From the NCBI GenBank assembly GCA_022844165.1, contig JALHMH010000021.1:1-64000 (forward strand): a stretch of DNA of 64,000 nt. Reading direction: 5' to 3'. Below, piece by piece: positions 49,364 through 59,741 of the stretch (its first letter is position 1; each line of letters begins with the position of its first letter). A program made the translations under genes and the position numbers. Origin of the DNA: Lysobacterales bacterium. Its GTDB lineage: Bacteria; Pseudomonadota; Gammaproteobacteria; Xanthomonadales; SZUA-5. The notes below the pieces were generated by a model. It had not been told where the DNA came from and did not search any database. It saw only the letters and a list, made by a program, of their open reading frames with translations.

Positions 49364-49547
49364 TTTCTGCAGGTGTGGACGTTCGAAAAATCGGCAAGCC
49401 AACCAGCTCGTGCGTGGCGGTGCGAGCCTGTTGCTTAGAATTTGCCACGGGTCGTTGCGCGTCGCCCGCGCTGCGGCGATGTCGCCCTGTCCACCAAACG
49501 ACGACGAAATGCGGCCGGGAACGTATCCCGGCTGCGAGTGGTCAGCC

Positions 49548-51008
49548 TTAGTGCCCTCCGCCATCCAACTCCTTCATTGCCGAAATCAACGCAGCGCCGG
49601 CGGCCTGGCCATCCATGAATAACATGCGTGCGTTGTCTTGGTAGAACAGCGCGTTCTCGATGCCGGCAAAACCAGTGCCCTTGCCGCGTTTGATGACGAT
49701 GACGTTCTTGCTCAAGGACACATCCAGGATCGGCATGCCGTAGATCGGACTGGACGGATCGGTCTTGGCCACGGGATTGACCACATCGTTGGCGCCGATC
49801 ACGATCGACACATCGGTGTTGGCGAACTCTGGATTAATGTCATCCATGTCGGCGATCAGATCGTACGGCACACCGGCTTCGGCAAGCAGCACGTTCATAT
49901 GCCCGGGCATGCGCCCAGCCACAGGATGGATCGCAAATCGCACCTTGACGCCGCGTTTCATCAACTGCTGCGTCAACTCCCAGATCTTGTGCTGCGCTTG
50001 CGCCACAGCCATGCCATAACCGGGCACGATGACCACACGCTCGGCGTACGCCATCATCACCGCAGCATCGCTGGCTTCAATCGGCTTCTGGCTGCCGCTG
50101 ATCTCTTGTGCCGCAGCTCCACCACCGCCGAAATTACTGAACAGCACATTGGTGATCGGCCGATTCATCGCCTTGGCCATGAGCTGGGTCAACAACGTGC
50201 CGGCAGCGCCGACCACCATGCCGGCGATGATCAACGCCGGGTTCTGCATGACATAACCTTCGAAAGCCACCGCCAAGCCAGTGAATGCGTTGTACAACGA
50301 AATCACGACCGGCATATCCGCACCGCCGATTGGCAGCGTCATGCTGACGCCCAGCACCAGACACACGATAAAAAACGCGACAATGATGCGTTCGTCGAGT
50401 TGGAACAGCAGCATGCCCCCAAGCACCACGGCAGCGACAAACAGCAGTAAGTTGAAAGCCTGCTGTCCGGGAAACGTGTAGCGCTTGTCCATCCAGCCTT
50501 GCAGCTTGGCAAAGGCAATCAACGAACCCGAGAAACTCACAGCACCGATGAGTGCCCCGACAACCGCAAGCAGTGTCTTGGTGAATCCGAATTGCGCCTG
50601 GGCAGCCTGCATGTCCATCGCCGTGATTGCAGCACCTGCCAGCGCCGCCGCCTTGAACAATTCCACCGCACCGATCGCCGCTGCCGAGCCGCCGCCCATG
50701 CCGTTGTACAGTGCGACCATCTGCGGCATGTCCGTCATCGCGACTTTCTTGCCGCTGATCCAGGCCACGGACGTGCCGATCGTTACGGCCGCGATACACA
50801 GCAGCAAGTTATCGAGATGCAACGCGTAATTGCCGCTGGCATCAAAAAAGTAGAAGTAAAACGTGACAACACCGGCAATCACCATGCCGATACCGGCTTG
50901 CACGATGCCTTGCCGCGCCGTGACCGGAGAAGCCATGCGTTTCAGGCCCAGAATGAACATCACCGCAGCGATGAAGTACGCCGCTTGAACGAGGGTCAAA
51001 AGCGTCAT
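49548..51008 (-). CDS. pntB: NAD(P) transhydrogenase beta subunit
   Basis: MPQMVA, IGGADMPVVIS, AMNR, HPVAGRMPGHMNVLLAEA, GANDVVNP. Confidence 0.97.
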   Translation of the reverse strand: MTLLTLVQAAYFIAAVMFILGLKRMASPVTARQGIVQAGIGMVIAGVVTFYFYFFDASGNYALHLDNLLLCIAAVTIGTSVAWISGKKVAMTDMPQMVALYNGMGGGSAAAIGAVELFKAAALAGAAITAMDMQAAQAQFGFTKTLLAVVGALIGAVSFSGSLIAFAKLQGWMDKRYTFPGQQAFNLLLFVAAVVLGGMLLFQLDERIIVAFFIVCLVLGVSMTLPIGGADMPVVISLYNAFTGLAVAFEGYVMQNPALIIAGMVVGAAGTLLTQLMAKAMNRPITNVLFSNFGGGGAAAQEISGSQKPIEASDAAVMMAYAERVVIVPGYGMAVAQAQHKIWELTQQLMKRGVKVRFAIHPVAGRMPGHMNVLLAEAGVPYDLIADMDDINPEFANTDVSIVIGANDVVNPVAKTDPSSPIYGMPILDVSLSKNVIVIKRGKGTGFAGIENALFYQDNARMLFMDGQAAGAALISAMKELDGGGH

Positions 51009-51011
51009 GGA

Positions 51012-51302
51012 TCAGCCCCCCTTCTTGCTGGACTTGAACATTTCCAGCATGCGCTCGGTGACCACATAACCACCGGCTGCATTTCCTGCACCGAGCAGAA
51101 CGCCAATGAAACCGATGACTTTTTCGAGCGTCGTGTCGGCGTGCGCCAGCACGATCATGGCGCCGACCATTACGATACCGTGCACAAAGTTGGAGCCGCT
51201 CATCAGCGGCGTATGTAGTATCACTGGCACGCGACCGATGATCTCGTAGCCGGTGAACGCCGCGAGCATGAAGATGTACAGTGCAACAAAGCCGTCGATC
51301 AT
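51012..51302 (-). CDS. pntAB: NAD(P) transhydrogenase alpha subunit, part 2 (membrane)
   Basis: LHTPLMSGSN, NAAGGYVVTERMLEMF. Confidence 0.95.
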   Translation of the reverse strand: MIDGFVALYIFMLAAFTGYEIIGRVPVILHTPLMSGSNFVHGIVMVGAMIVLAHADTTLEKVIGFIGVLLGAGNAAGGYVVTERMLEMFKSSKKGG

Positions 51303-51311
51303 GGCATTCCC

Positions 51312-52436
51312 CTAGCCTTCAATTGCTTTACGCGTTGCTTCATGCACGATCTTCCCGTCGTGCGTCAGCGCGCTCTTGGCGATCAGTTCGTCGTTCCAAT
51401 CGGGTTTGGATTCGCCGCCTTTGACGAATAACGAAAGAAAGTTCAGTTGATTCCGGGCATACATCTCGCTGGCGTGAATTGCACCCATGCTGGCCAGATT
51501 GAGCGGCCCTGCAAAAGTCACGCCGTTCTGGATAAAAGTCGCGCCAGGCTGCGTAAGCGCACAGTTGCCGCCTGTCTCCGCCGCCAGATCGACCACCACT
51601 GCGCCTGGTCTCAAATTCGCCGCCATTTCGGCCGACACGATCTTTGGTGCCGCACGCCCTGGCACGGCCGCAGTGCAGATCAGCACGTCATAGTTTTTCA
51701 GTTGCTCGCCCAGACGCCGGCTCTGTTCAGCACGTTCTTCAGCCGTCAGTTCTCGCGCGTAGCCGCCATCGCCCTTCGCCGATACACCCAGATCCAAAAA
51801 CTTACCGCCCAGCGACTCGATCTGTTCTTTGGTTTCCGGGCGCACGTCGAAAGCTTCTACCGCGGCCCCCAGGCGTTTGCTGGTTGCGATCGCCTGCAGT
51901 CCGGCAACGCCCGCGCCAATGATCAGCACCTTCGCGGGGCGAACCGTGCCGGCGGCGGTCGTCAGCATCGGAAAGAACTTGCCCGACAATTCCGCCGCAA
52001 TTAAGGTGGCCTTGTAGCCGGCCATGCCCGCTTGCGATGACAACACATCCATGGCTTGTGCGCGCGTGGTTCGCGGCAACAACTCTAGAGAAAAACCGGT
52101 GATTTTTCGATCGCGCAGCGCCTTGACGCGCTCCGGATTCAAATGCGGTTGCAGGTAACCAACGACAATCGCGCCTTCTTTCAGGAGTGCGATGTCATCG
52201 ACGCCGAGTGGTTGTACGTGCATCACAATATCGGCGCGGCTTAGCGCCGCTGCGCGCGTATCGACCAGTTCCACGTCGGCATACAGCGACCCCGGCATCT
52301 GTGCGGCGTCGCCAAAACCAGCCTCGGCCACCAGTGTGGCGCCAAGTCCCTTTAGTTTCTTTGCAACTTCCGGCACCAGCGCACAGCGCTTCTCGCCGAT
52401 TGCCAACTCACGCACCACGCTAATGGTAATGCCCAT
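51312..52436 (-). CDS. pntAA: NAD(P) transhydrogenase alpha subunit, part 1 (NAD-binding)
   Basis: RAQAMDVLSSQ, TAAGT, GAGVAGLQA, GGYA, DLAAETGGNC. Confidence 0.95.
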   Translation of the reverse strand: MGITISVVRELAIGEKRCALVPEVAKKLKGLGATLVAEAGFGDAAQMPGSLYADVELVDTRAAALSRADIVMHVQPLGVDDIALLKEGAIVVGYLQPHLNPERVKALRDRKITGFSLELLPRTTRAQAMDVLSSQAGMAGYKATLIAAELSGKFFPMLTTAAGTVRPAKVLIIGAGVAGLQAIATSKRLGAAVEAFDVRPETKEQIESLGGKFLDLGVSAKGDGGYARELTAEERAEQSRRLGEQLKNYDVLICTAAVPGRAAPKIVSAEMAANLRPGAVVVDLAAETGGNCALTQPGATFIQNGVTFAGPLNLASMGAIHASEMYARNQLNFLSLFVKGGESKPDWNDELIAKSALTHDGKIVHEATRKAIEG

Positions 52437-52475
52437 CGGAAAATGTCTCCCCCGCGTGAAAACCCCGACGGAAGA

Positions 52476-52631
52476 CTAGCACGATGTTGAGAAGTGCTTT
52501 CCCGCACTTTCTCAACGTCGCGAGTCCGGCGCAGGTTTGAACTCGCTCTACATAGATCAAGCACTTGCGTGCCAGATCCATGAGAAACCATCCATGTTCG
52601 TTCCAAAAGGCTGTTTCTCATCAGCCTTCTG
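52476..52631. mobile_element. MITE-like element, family 2, copy 2
   Basis: CTAGCACGATGTTGAGAA..GTCGCGAGTCCGG..GATCAAGCACTTGCGTGC..GATCCATGAG..AACCATCCATG..TTTCTCATCAGCC, collinear with 19152..19300. Confidence 0.75.
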
Positions 52632-52735
52632 TTCCGGCAAATTACCATGGCGGGTTGGTTATCCTTCAACCAGCAACAAGCGACGCTCAAATTGCTGCAC
52701 AATGTTCAGGCGGTCGACGCACGGGGGCGTTGTCG

Positions 52736-55549
52736 ATGGGATTGAGTCGCTGGAATTGGAAAGCAAAGATCGGCTCTTGGATCTTGATCTTTGCTGGGAT
52801 GTCCGAATCGGGTTTGGGTGCTGGTTTTGTCGGAAAGCCGCCCATCGAGCGCTTCGAGATCCCGCTTCAAGTGTATCCGAGTCACTTTGCCATCGAACAG
52901 ACCGCTGACGGCAGAGTCCATGTCGGCAGCCACGATGGAATATTGAGCTTCGATGGCGAACGCTGGTCGCTGCTAAAGACCAACGGTCAATTGGTGCGCA
53001 GCCTTGCCACCACGGGAAATCGGCTGTATGTCGGAGGCTACGATACATACGGTTATGTCGATCGCGACCCGGGTGGGTATGCGACCTACACTGATTTATC
53101 AGCACAGCGCGCTGCGACATCGGCGCCCGATGGTTTCGCGGATATCTGGCGAATTGCAGTCACCGACGATGGCGTGTTTTTTGTCGCTCTGCATCATGTG
53201 TTCACGTTCGATCCCGAAACCGGTCAGCAGCGCTATCTAAGTCACCCGGGTCGCTTCGGCGGAATTGCACAGTGCAACGGCAAAACCTGGTTGCAGTTTC
53301 GCGGCGAGGGATTTCGGCGCTGGATCGACGGCGCCTGGCAACCGATGCCGCATACGAACAGCTTAAACGAGTTAATCAGCATCGTGCTGCCGGAGTCCTC
53401 GCAAAGCTGTCTGGCGCTCGGGAATTCCGGTTTGCATCGACTGACCGAAAGCTCGGTCGAACGCTTGCCGTTGCCGGATCGAACGCCCCTACAGTGGTTC
53501 CATCAGGGCATACGTTTGCCCGACGGATCCCTGGCAGTTTCAACCTCTGTTGGCCAGGTCTTCCTGTTGAGCGCGAATGACCAGCAATGGCGAACGATTC
53601 CCGTGCACTCCGGTTTCCTGACCGATATTGACTATAACGATGGGGCTCTCCTGGTCGCGGCCACAACAACGATCTACCGTTTTGCCTGGCCCAACGCCTT
53701 CTCGACGTTCGGCACCACCGATGCTCGCCGCAGCTCCTTGACCGGTGCCCGGCAAGTGAACGACCGCTTATTGCTGTTCAGCGATGCCGATGTCTGGCAA
53801 CTTCCGGACCAGGGTGGAGCTGCCGCCATACAGCCGCTGCAGCTCACGCAGTCGTCTTCGTACGATTGGCTTGCGGTTGATGGAACGCAGTTGCTCGCCG
53901 AAGGTCACGCGTTAGTCGAGCTGGCGGCAGCGCCGAGAGTTGTCGACCCGTCAGTCTATCCGCGGTTATTGGTCGCCGATCGATTTCGCACAAGCAGCGT
54001 TTTCGTCGGAACCGAGCACGGTCTGCGCCAAATGCGCAAGGCTGGCGGTTGGACCTTGCAGCCGGATCCTGCTCCACTGGACGGCATGCTGGTGACCAGC
54101 CTTGTCCAACCAGATCGGCATAGCGTCTGGATCGGGTCGCGCAACGGCGTATGGCGGCATCGACTGGACGACTCAGGCCGCGTGCTCGCCGGAGTTCGGG
54201 TTGAACTGCCCCAGAGCGACGATCCGGAAGCACACATCTACATGGATGGCGAGCAGTTGATTGCATCTAATGCTCGTGGGATCTACGCCTGGGACAATGA
54301 TCGGTTCTTGCCAGAACCGCGATTCTCCGACTTGATCGATTTGCGCACACGTTCAGATGAGGCCCTGCAGTTGGTCATCGATCCACACAACAAACGCCGA
54401 TGGGCATTTACCAGTACCGAGTTGTTTACGGATCGTGGCCAGTGGCGTTCGATCCCGTTTCGTTATTCGAATATCGGCCCGATCATTGAGGCGTTACCGA
54501 TCAATGCATCGACGTTGTTGGTTGTCGGCCTCGACGGTGTGATGCAGTACCAGGATCACCTTGAGGCGCCGCACAGAGCGGTGGCGAAACTACAGTTCAC
54601 GTCGGTGACTATGGTGACTGCGAATGGCAGCGAGCGGCCACTGCCCTTGGCGCCGCAAGACCGGGTGAGTCTCGCGCCCGACGACATCGGTGTTCGCTTC
54701 CAGTTCGCATTGTCTGGCTTACGCACCGGAAAGACACTGTATCGGGGCCGGCTGTTTCCCTATGAACAAGAATTCTCGGAATGGGCGTCGAGTGCGGGCT
54801 ATACCTACACCCGGCTGAGACCTGGCGAGTACGAATTGGAGGTCCAGGCCCGCGACGAGCATGGTACGGTCCTGAGCATGCCGCCCTATCGCATTGCGTT
54901 TTCGCCAAAATGGCACGAACTGACGACTGTGCGGATCATGGCGTCGGCGCTTGCCGTGGCCCTCCTTGCCGTGCTGGGATGGCTGATGTATCGGCATCGC
55001 ACACGCGTGCTGCGGCGCCTTGTCGCCGAACGCACAGAAGCGCTGGCGCAAGCCAATCGAAAACTTTCGGATCTTGCCCACCAGGATGCGCTGACGCAAA
55101 TTCCCAACCGGCGCCGTTTTGACGAATACTTCTCCGCATTATGGTCAACATGCGGCCAGAACGGCAGGCACTTGGCTCTGCTGTTAATCGACGTCGATCA
55201 CTTCAAGGCCTACAACGATCGCCACGGACATGCTGCGGGCGATGATCTATTGCGCGCGCTGGCGCGTGTGCTCGCAGCTGCACTGCGACGCAACGAAGAC
55301 CTCATTGCACGTTATGGCGGCGAGGAGTTCGCCGTCATCATGCCGGGTGCGCAGCTCGACGCTGCCGTCGCCACCGGCGAATTGCTGCGAAAAGTCGTTG
55401 CCAACGCCAACCTTGATGTCAGCGTTTCGATTGGCGTCGCCAGCGCAAAACCAAGCCTGGATCCCAACCAGGCCGAGTTGTTCGAGCGCGCCGACAAGGC
55501 GCTGTATCGCGCAAAAGAAGGCGGCCGCAATCGTGTCGAGTCGGATTGA
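52736..55549 (+). CDS. Periplasmic beta-propeller/YYY sensor diguanylate cyclase
   Basis: Propeller-type repeats, YTRLRPGEYELEVQA (YYY), TM helix, coiled coil, DALT..NRR, DVDHFK.YND, RNED I-site, GGEEF; start uncertain. Confidence 0.9.
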   Translation: MGLSRWNWKAKIGSWILIFAGMSESGLGAGFVGKPPIERFEIPLQVYPSHFAIEQTADGRVHVGSHDGILSFDGERWSLLKTNGQLVRSLATTGNRLYVGGYDTYGYVDRDPGGYATYTDLSAQRAATSAPDGFADIWRIAVTDDGVFFVALHHVFTFDPETGQQRYLSHPGRFGGIAQCNGKTWLQFRGEGFRRWIDGAWQPMPHTNSLNELISIVLPESSQSCLALGNSGLHRLTESSVERLPLPDRTPLQWFHQGIRLPDGSLAVSTSVGQVFLLSANDQQWRTIPVHSGFLTDIDYNDGALLVAATTTIYRFAWPNAFSTFGTTDARRSSLTGARQVNDRLLLFSDADVWQLPDQGGAAAIQPLQLTQSSSYDWLAVDGTQLLAEGHALVELAAAPRVVDPSVYPRLLVADRFRTSSVFVGTEHGLRQMRKAGGWTLQPDPAPLDGMLVTSLVQPDRHSVWIGSRNGVWRHRLDDSGRVLAGVRVELPQSDDPEAHIYMDGEQLIASNARGIYAWDNDRFLPEPRFSDLIDLRTRSDEALQLVIDPHNKRRWAFTSTELFTDRGQWRSIPFRYSNIGPIIEALPINASTLLVVGLDGVMQYQDHLEAPHRAVAKLQFTSVTMVTANGSERPLPLAPQDRVSLAPDDIGVRFQFALSGLRTGKTLYRGRLFPYEQEFSEWASSAGYTYTRLRPGEYELEVQARDEHGTVLSMPPYRIAFSPKWHELTTVRIMASALAVALLAVLGWLMYRHRTRVLRRLVAERTEALAQANRKLSDLAHQDALTQIPNRRRFDEYFSALWSTCGQNGRHLALLLIDVDHFKAYNDRHGHAAGDDLLRALARVLAAALRRNEDLIARYGGEEFAVIMPGAQLDAAVATGELLRKVVANANLDVSVSIGVASAKPSLDPNQAELFERADKALYRAKEGGRNRVESD

Positions 55550-55669
55550 ACCACTGGTGCACGGATGATTGCCAAATGCGAGACAGAGCAAGTTCGCGCC
55601 GCAAGCGGCGCTCTTGCTACCCGTGGGTACGCCCGGCCTGCGCCGCGCGCCCACCCTCTCAAAGAGCCG

Positions 55670-56623
55670 TCAGGGTCGCGCCGCCAGCGCTGGATCTTCC
55701 GGTCGAATTTGTTTCAGGTCAGCTTTCGACACGCCCATCCAGAGCAGGATCGGATTGCAGAAAAAGATCGACGATAGCGTACCGATGGCAATACCAACGA
55801 TGCTGGTCAACGCAAAGTTCTCGACGACTGGGCCGCCCAGGAAAAACAACGAGAACAAGGCCATGAACACGGTAATACCAGTGATCAACGTTCGCGACAG
55901 GGTGTTGTTGATTGCTTTGTTGATACTCTCAACGGGCCCCATTTTGCGCGCACTGCGAAAGATCTCGCGGACCCGGTCGAAGACCACAACCTTGTCGTTA
56001 ATCGAATAACCGGCGACGGTCAGCACCGCAGCAAGCACCGTCAGATCGAAGCTCAGCTGCAACAGCGAGATAAATCCAAGCGTGATAATCACATCGTGGA
56101 TCTGCCCGGCCATTGCCGAAAACCCGAAACGCCATTCGAAGCGCATCGCAACGTACAACATGATGGTCAAAAGAACGAAGACGACCGCAATGACGCCGTC
56201 TTCTTTGAGCTCGTCGCCAACCTGCGGGCCGACGAATTCGCTACGTTTGATGTCGACGTTGATGCCGGCCTGAGCGAGCGTTGATTTGACTCGATCGACC
56301 ACCTGCGCCTGGGCCTTGGCATTGTTGGCGTTTTCGCCCGCCAGTGGCGGCACACGGATCGCGATTTCCCGCGAGCCACCAATGCTTTGCACGGTAAAGC
56401 CATCGAAACCGCCTGCGGCGAGCGTGCCTCGGACCTTTTCGCTGTCCAGCGCTTCGACAGACGTCGCTTCGATCAGCGTGCCACCGGTAAAGTCCAGCGC
56501 GAGGTTCAGACCGCGAGTTGCCAGGAGGGCCACCGACGCAATCATCAGGAACACTGAGACAGCCATCGACATCTTGCGCCAACTCATGAACGGGATGTTG
56601 GCATTCGGGTTGAAAATTTCCAT
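55670..56623 (-). CDS. secF: Protein translocase subunit SecF
   Basis: LDFTGG, VGPQVG, HDV, GYSINDKVVVFDRVRE, TLSRT. Confidence 0.97.
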   Translation of the reverse strand: MEIFNPNANIPFMSWRKMSMAVSVFLMIASVALLATRGLNLALDFTGGTLIEATSVEALDSEKVRGTLAAGGFDGFTVQSIGGSREIAIRVPPLAGENANNAKAQAQVVDRVKSTLAQAGINVDIKRSEFVGPQVGDELKEDGVIAVVFVLLTIMLYVAMRFEWRFGFSAMAGQIHDVIITLGFISLLQLSFDLTVLAAVLTVAGYSINDKVVVFDRVREIFRSARKMGPVESINKAINNTLSRTLITGITVFMALFSLFFLGGPVVENFALTSIVGIAIGTLSSIFFCNPILLWMGVSKADLKQIRPEDPALAARP

Positions 56624-56641
56624 CGTAGTTCTCCTACCCGA

Positions 56642-58501
56642 TCAAACGGAAATAGCCGCGACTTTGCGCTGGCGGTTGTAGATCGCAGCCATGATCACAT
56701 TAGTGACCACAACTGCACTGAACATCGACGTCAACAATCCGGCGAGTAAGGTGACCGCAAAGCCACGCACCGGGCCGGAACCAAAGGCGAACATCGCCAG
56801 CGCCGCAAACATTGTCGTCAGGTTTGCGTCGAGAATTGTGCCCCACGCCTTTTCGTAACCAGCCCGTAGCGCCGCCAGTGGTGAGTTACCCGCGCGCACC
56901 TCCTCGCGAATGCGTTCGGCAATGAGCACGTTGGCGTCGACTGCCATACCCACAGTCAGTACGATGCCAGCGATTCCCGGCATCGTCAGCGTTGCGCCAA
57001 GAAAGCTCAAAACTGCCGTTAGCAAGAGTAAATTGACGCTAAGACCAACTACTGTCACAACACCGACCAGTCGGTAATAGACCATGACAAACAACGCGAT
57101 CAGCGCCGTGCCGATCAGCATCGCCTCCAAACCACGCTGAATGTTCTCTGCGCCCAGCGACGGCCCGATGACTCGCTCTTCGATGATGTCGATCGGCACC
57201 GCCAGGGAACCGGCGCGCAAGAGCAAAGCCAGTTCGGTGGCCTCTTGCATGCTGTCGAGACCCGTGGTTTGAAACCTCGGCCCGAAGACGCCACGAATAT
57301 TGGCGACACTGATGATTTCTTTGGTTTCGCGCGAGGTCCGTACCTCTTTTCCATCGACAATTTTGACTTCGGGCACTCGTTCGATGAACACCACTGCCAT
57401 CGGTCGGCCGACATTGTCGGTGGTGAAATCGAGCATGCGCCTGCCGCCCGCTGCGTCCAGTGTGACCGAAACGGCGGGCGTACCCGACTCGGTGTCGAGC
57501 ATGCTTGTCGCACCCGTCAACTGATCGCCCGTTGCGATGATCTCGCGCCGGACAACCACCGGCTCGCCTTCACGCGTGTACACCAGCAACGAATCCGGTG
57601 GAACTCGTCCGGTCTGTGCGATTTCAACCGCATTGACCGAGTCGTTGACCGCCCGGTACTCCAGGGTGGCGGTTGCGCCCAAGATCGTCTTTGCGCGCGT
57701 AGGATCCTGCACGCCGGGCAATTGCACCACAATGCGCGTGGCGCCCTGCTGTTGAATGATCGGCTCGGCCACGCCCAATTCGTTGATTCGATTGCGCAGC
57801 GTGGTGATGTTCTGTTCGATGGTCGCGCGCTGCGCCTGGGCCACGGTCTCTGGGCGAATGACGGCCTCGAGAATCGTCTCCGAGGCATCCCGGCGGGTGA
57901 CGATCAGGTCCGGCAACTGCTCCGTCAGTTCGGTGTAAGCGCGCTCGCGATCCTCACGCGTGGTCAGTTCGACGACAAAGCCATCTGCGGTTCGCGTAAC
58001 ACCACGATAGGGGATCTTTTCGGCACGCAGCATCACATACAGGCCGTCGATGTAACCCTCATCCAGTTTGTCGCGAGCCGCCTGCTGATCGACTTGCATC
58101 AGGAAGTGAATGCCACCGCGAAGATCCAGGCCCAAGGTCATCGGCTTGCCGCGAATCGCGCTCAACCATGAGGGAACCGTGCTGGCGGTATCCAGTGCGA
58201 TGGTGTACTTCTCGATGCCGAGTTCTTCCACCAAGGCTGTGTGCGCAGCAAGTTGCGAGTCGTTTTCAGCAAAGCGCAGCGTCAGCCGATCGTCATCGAT
58301 CCTGACGTTGTCGAAGGCGATTTTCTTGCCCTTGAGCGTGCCCTCGACGCGGCCTTGCAGCAAATCGTTGACCACTTCGCCGCGATTGGCCGAAATCTGG
58401 ATTGCCGGCTGACCAGGAAACGCATTCGGCAGTGCGTACAGGAATGCGAACACAACCAGGGCTGTGACCAGCCCGATCTTCCATTTGGGGATTTCAAACA
58501 T
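56642..58501 (-). CDS. secD: Protein translocase subunit SecD
   Basis: LGLDLRGG, RINELGVAEP, IGPSLG, GMAVDANVLIAERIREE, ILDANLTT. Confidence 0.97.
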   Translation of the reverse strand: MFEIPKWKIGLVTALVVFAFLYALPNAFPGQPAIQISANRGEVVNDLLQGRVEGTLKGKKIAFDNVRIDDDRLTLRFAENDSQLAAHTALVEELGIEKYTIALDTASTVPSWLSAIRGKPMTLGLDLRGGIHFLMQVDQQAARDKLDEGYIDGLYVMLRAEKIPYRGVTRTADGFVVELTTREDRERAYTELTEQLPDLIVTRRDASETILEAVIRPETVAQAQRATIEQNITTLRNRINELGVAEPIIQQQGATRIVVQLPGVQDPTRAKTILGATATLEYRAVNDSVNAVEIAQTGRVPPDSLLVYTREGEPVVVRREIIATGDQLTGATSMLDTESGTPAVSVTLDAAGGRRMLDFTTDNVGRPMAVVFIERVPEVKIVDGKEVRTSRETKEIISVANIRGVFGPRFQTTGLDSMQEATELALLLRAGSLAVPIDIIEERVIGPSLGAENIQRGLEAMLIGTALIALFVMVYYRLVGVVTVVGLSVNLLLLTAVLSFLGATLTMPGIAGIVLTVGMAVDANVLIAERIREEVRAGNSPLAALRAGYEKAWGTILDANLTTMFAALAMFAFGSGPVRGFAVTLLAGLLTSMFSAVVVTNVIMAAIYNRQRKVAAISV

Positions 58502-58575
58502 GCCAAACCCTTTGCTGCTCGGTACCGAGCGTCAGTGACTGTATTGCCGCCGAACCGGCAGCTGCCTTCGAGCGC

Positions 58576-58899
58576 TCAGCCCTTGTAGGTGCCCTTGGGA
58601 ACCACGGCGCCAACCGAGTGCTTCTGCACCTGTATGCGGACGCCATTGGCAATTTCCAAGGTCACGAAGCTTTCACCCACATCGTCGATACGGCCAAGAA
58701 TGCCTCCCTGGGTGACCACTTCGTCACCGCGACCCAGGGCGTCGACCATGCCCTTGTGCTCACGCATACGCTTTTGCTGCGGCCGGATCAGCAAGAAATA
58801 AAAAATCGCAAAAAACACCACGAGCATGATCAGACTGGGCCACATGCTCGGCTGCGCCGGCGCACCTTGCGCGTAAGCGGATGAAATCAAGAAATCCAT
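58576..58899 (-). CDS. yajC: Preprotein translocase subunit YajC
   Basis: FYFLLIRPQQKR, GDEVVT.GG..G. Confidence 0.96.
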   Translation of the reverse strand: MDFLISSAYAQGAPAQPSMWPSLIMLVVFFAIFYFLLIRPQQKRMREHKGMVDALGRGDEVVTQGGILGRIDDVGESFVTLEIANGVRIQVQKHSVGAVVPKGTYKG

Positions 58900-58985
58900 C
58901 GACGTTTCTCAGTGACGCCGCATACCGCGGCAAGACAGCCGCCGAGTATGCCATAGCCTTGCGAATTGCGACTCTATGCAATCGC

Positions 58986-59741
58986 TCACAGGCGGGATTG
59001 AGATACGGCGAATACCAGCAAGACGACGACTTCGACCGCTTGATTGCCGGCGCCCAGCGTATCGCCGGTGATCCCGCCCAATTGCGATTTGAAATACCAA
59101 CCGACCAATAGTGTGGTGAATACTGCCGCCAGGAACGCAATGATGGTGCCGGGACTGAATGCCAGTGCCGCGCAAATGGCGAGCGCAAACCCGGTTCCGA
59201 TCGCGCCTTCCCGCCAGCTCATGGCATCGGCCATCGGCTTGTTGCTGCCGCTGCGCACGTACGGCAAAAACAGCATGAGCCAGAGGCTCGATGTGCGCGC
59301 CAGTGTGTGCGCAACGACCAGCGCCACGAAAGCCTGGTACGCATCGAGCGGTACCAGTGCCCCCACTCTCAGCAACAGGCTGATCACCAGCGCGATGGCA
59401 CCGTAACTACCGATACGGCTGTCTTTCATGATTTCCAGTTTGCGTTCGATGGTCAGGCCACCGCCGAGCCCGTCGGCGGTATCAGCCAGTCCATCCTCGT
59501 GAAATGCGCCGGTCACGACGACGAGCCCGAGCACGGTCAGCATGGCCGCTAGAAACGGCGTCAAGTACAGTGCACCGAGCGCAAAGATCCCAGCTCCGAT
59601 CGCCCCCACAGTGAGGCCAACGATCGGAAAATAGCGCGCCGAATGTCCCAGGCTTTGCGCGTCCGGGTAGGCAAGTCGCGCCACGGGCAGCCGGGTCAGG
59701 AACATCAATGCCGTGGCCAGAAGTCGCAGCTGGCGTGTCAT
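58986..59741 (-). CDS. cobS: Adenosylcobinamide-GDP ribazoletransferase
   Basis: FLTRLP, TGAFHEDGLADTADG, IMKDSRIGSYG, GGITGDTLGA. Confidence 0.95.
   Translation of the reverse strand: MTRQLRLLATALMFLTRLPVARLAYPDAQSLGHSARYFPIVGLTVGAIGAGIFALGALYLTPFLAAMLTVLGLVVVTGAFHEDGLADTADGLGGGLTIERKLEIMKDSRIGSYGAIALVISLLLRVGALVPLDAYQAFVALVVAHTLARTSSLWLMLFLPYVRSGSNKPMADAMSWREGAIGTGFALAICAALAFSPGTIIAFLAAVFTTLLVGWYFKSQLGGITGDTLGAGNQAVEVVVLLVFAVSQSRL

Noticed and set aside
51012-52436. Split pntA as a frameshift pseudogene
   Set aside because: The two-gene alpha subunit is a well-known natural arrangement; both parts have clean starts and stops
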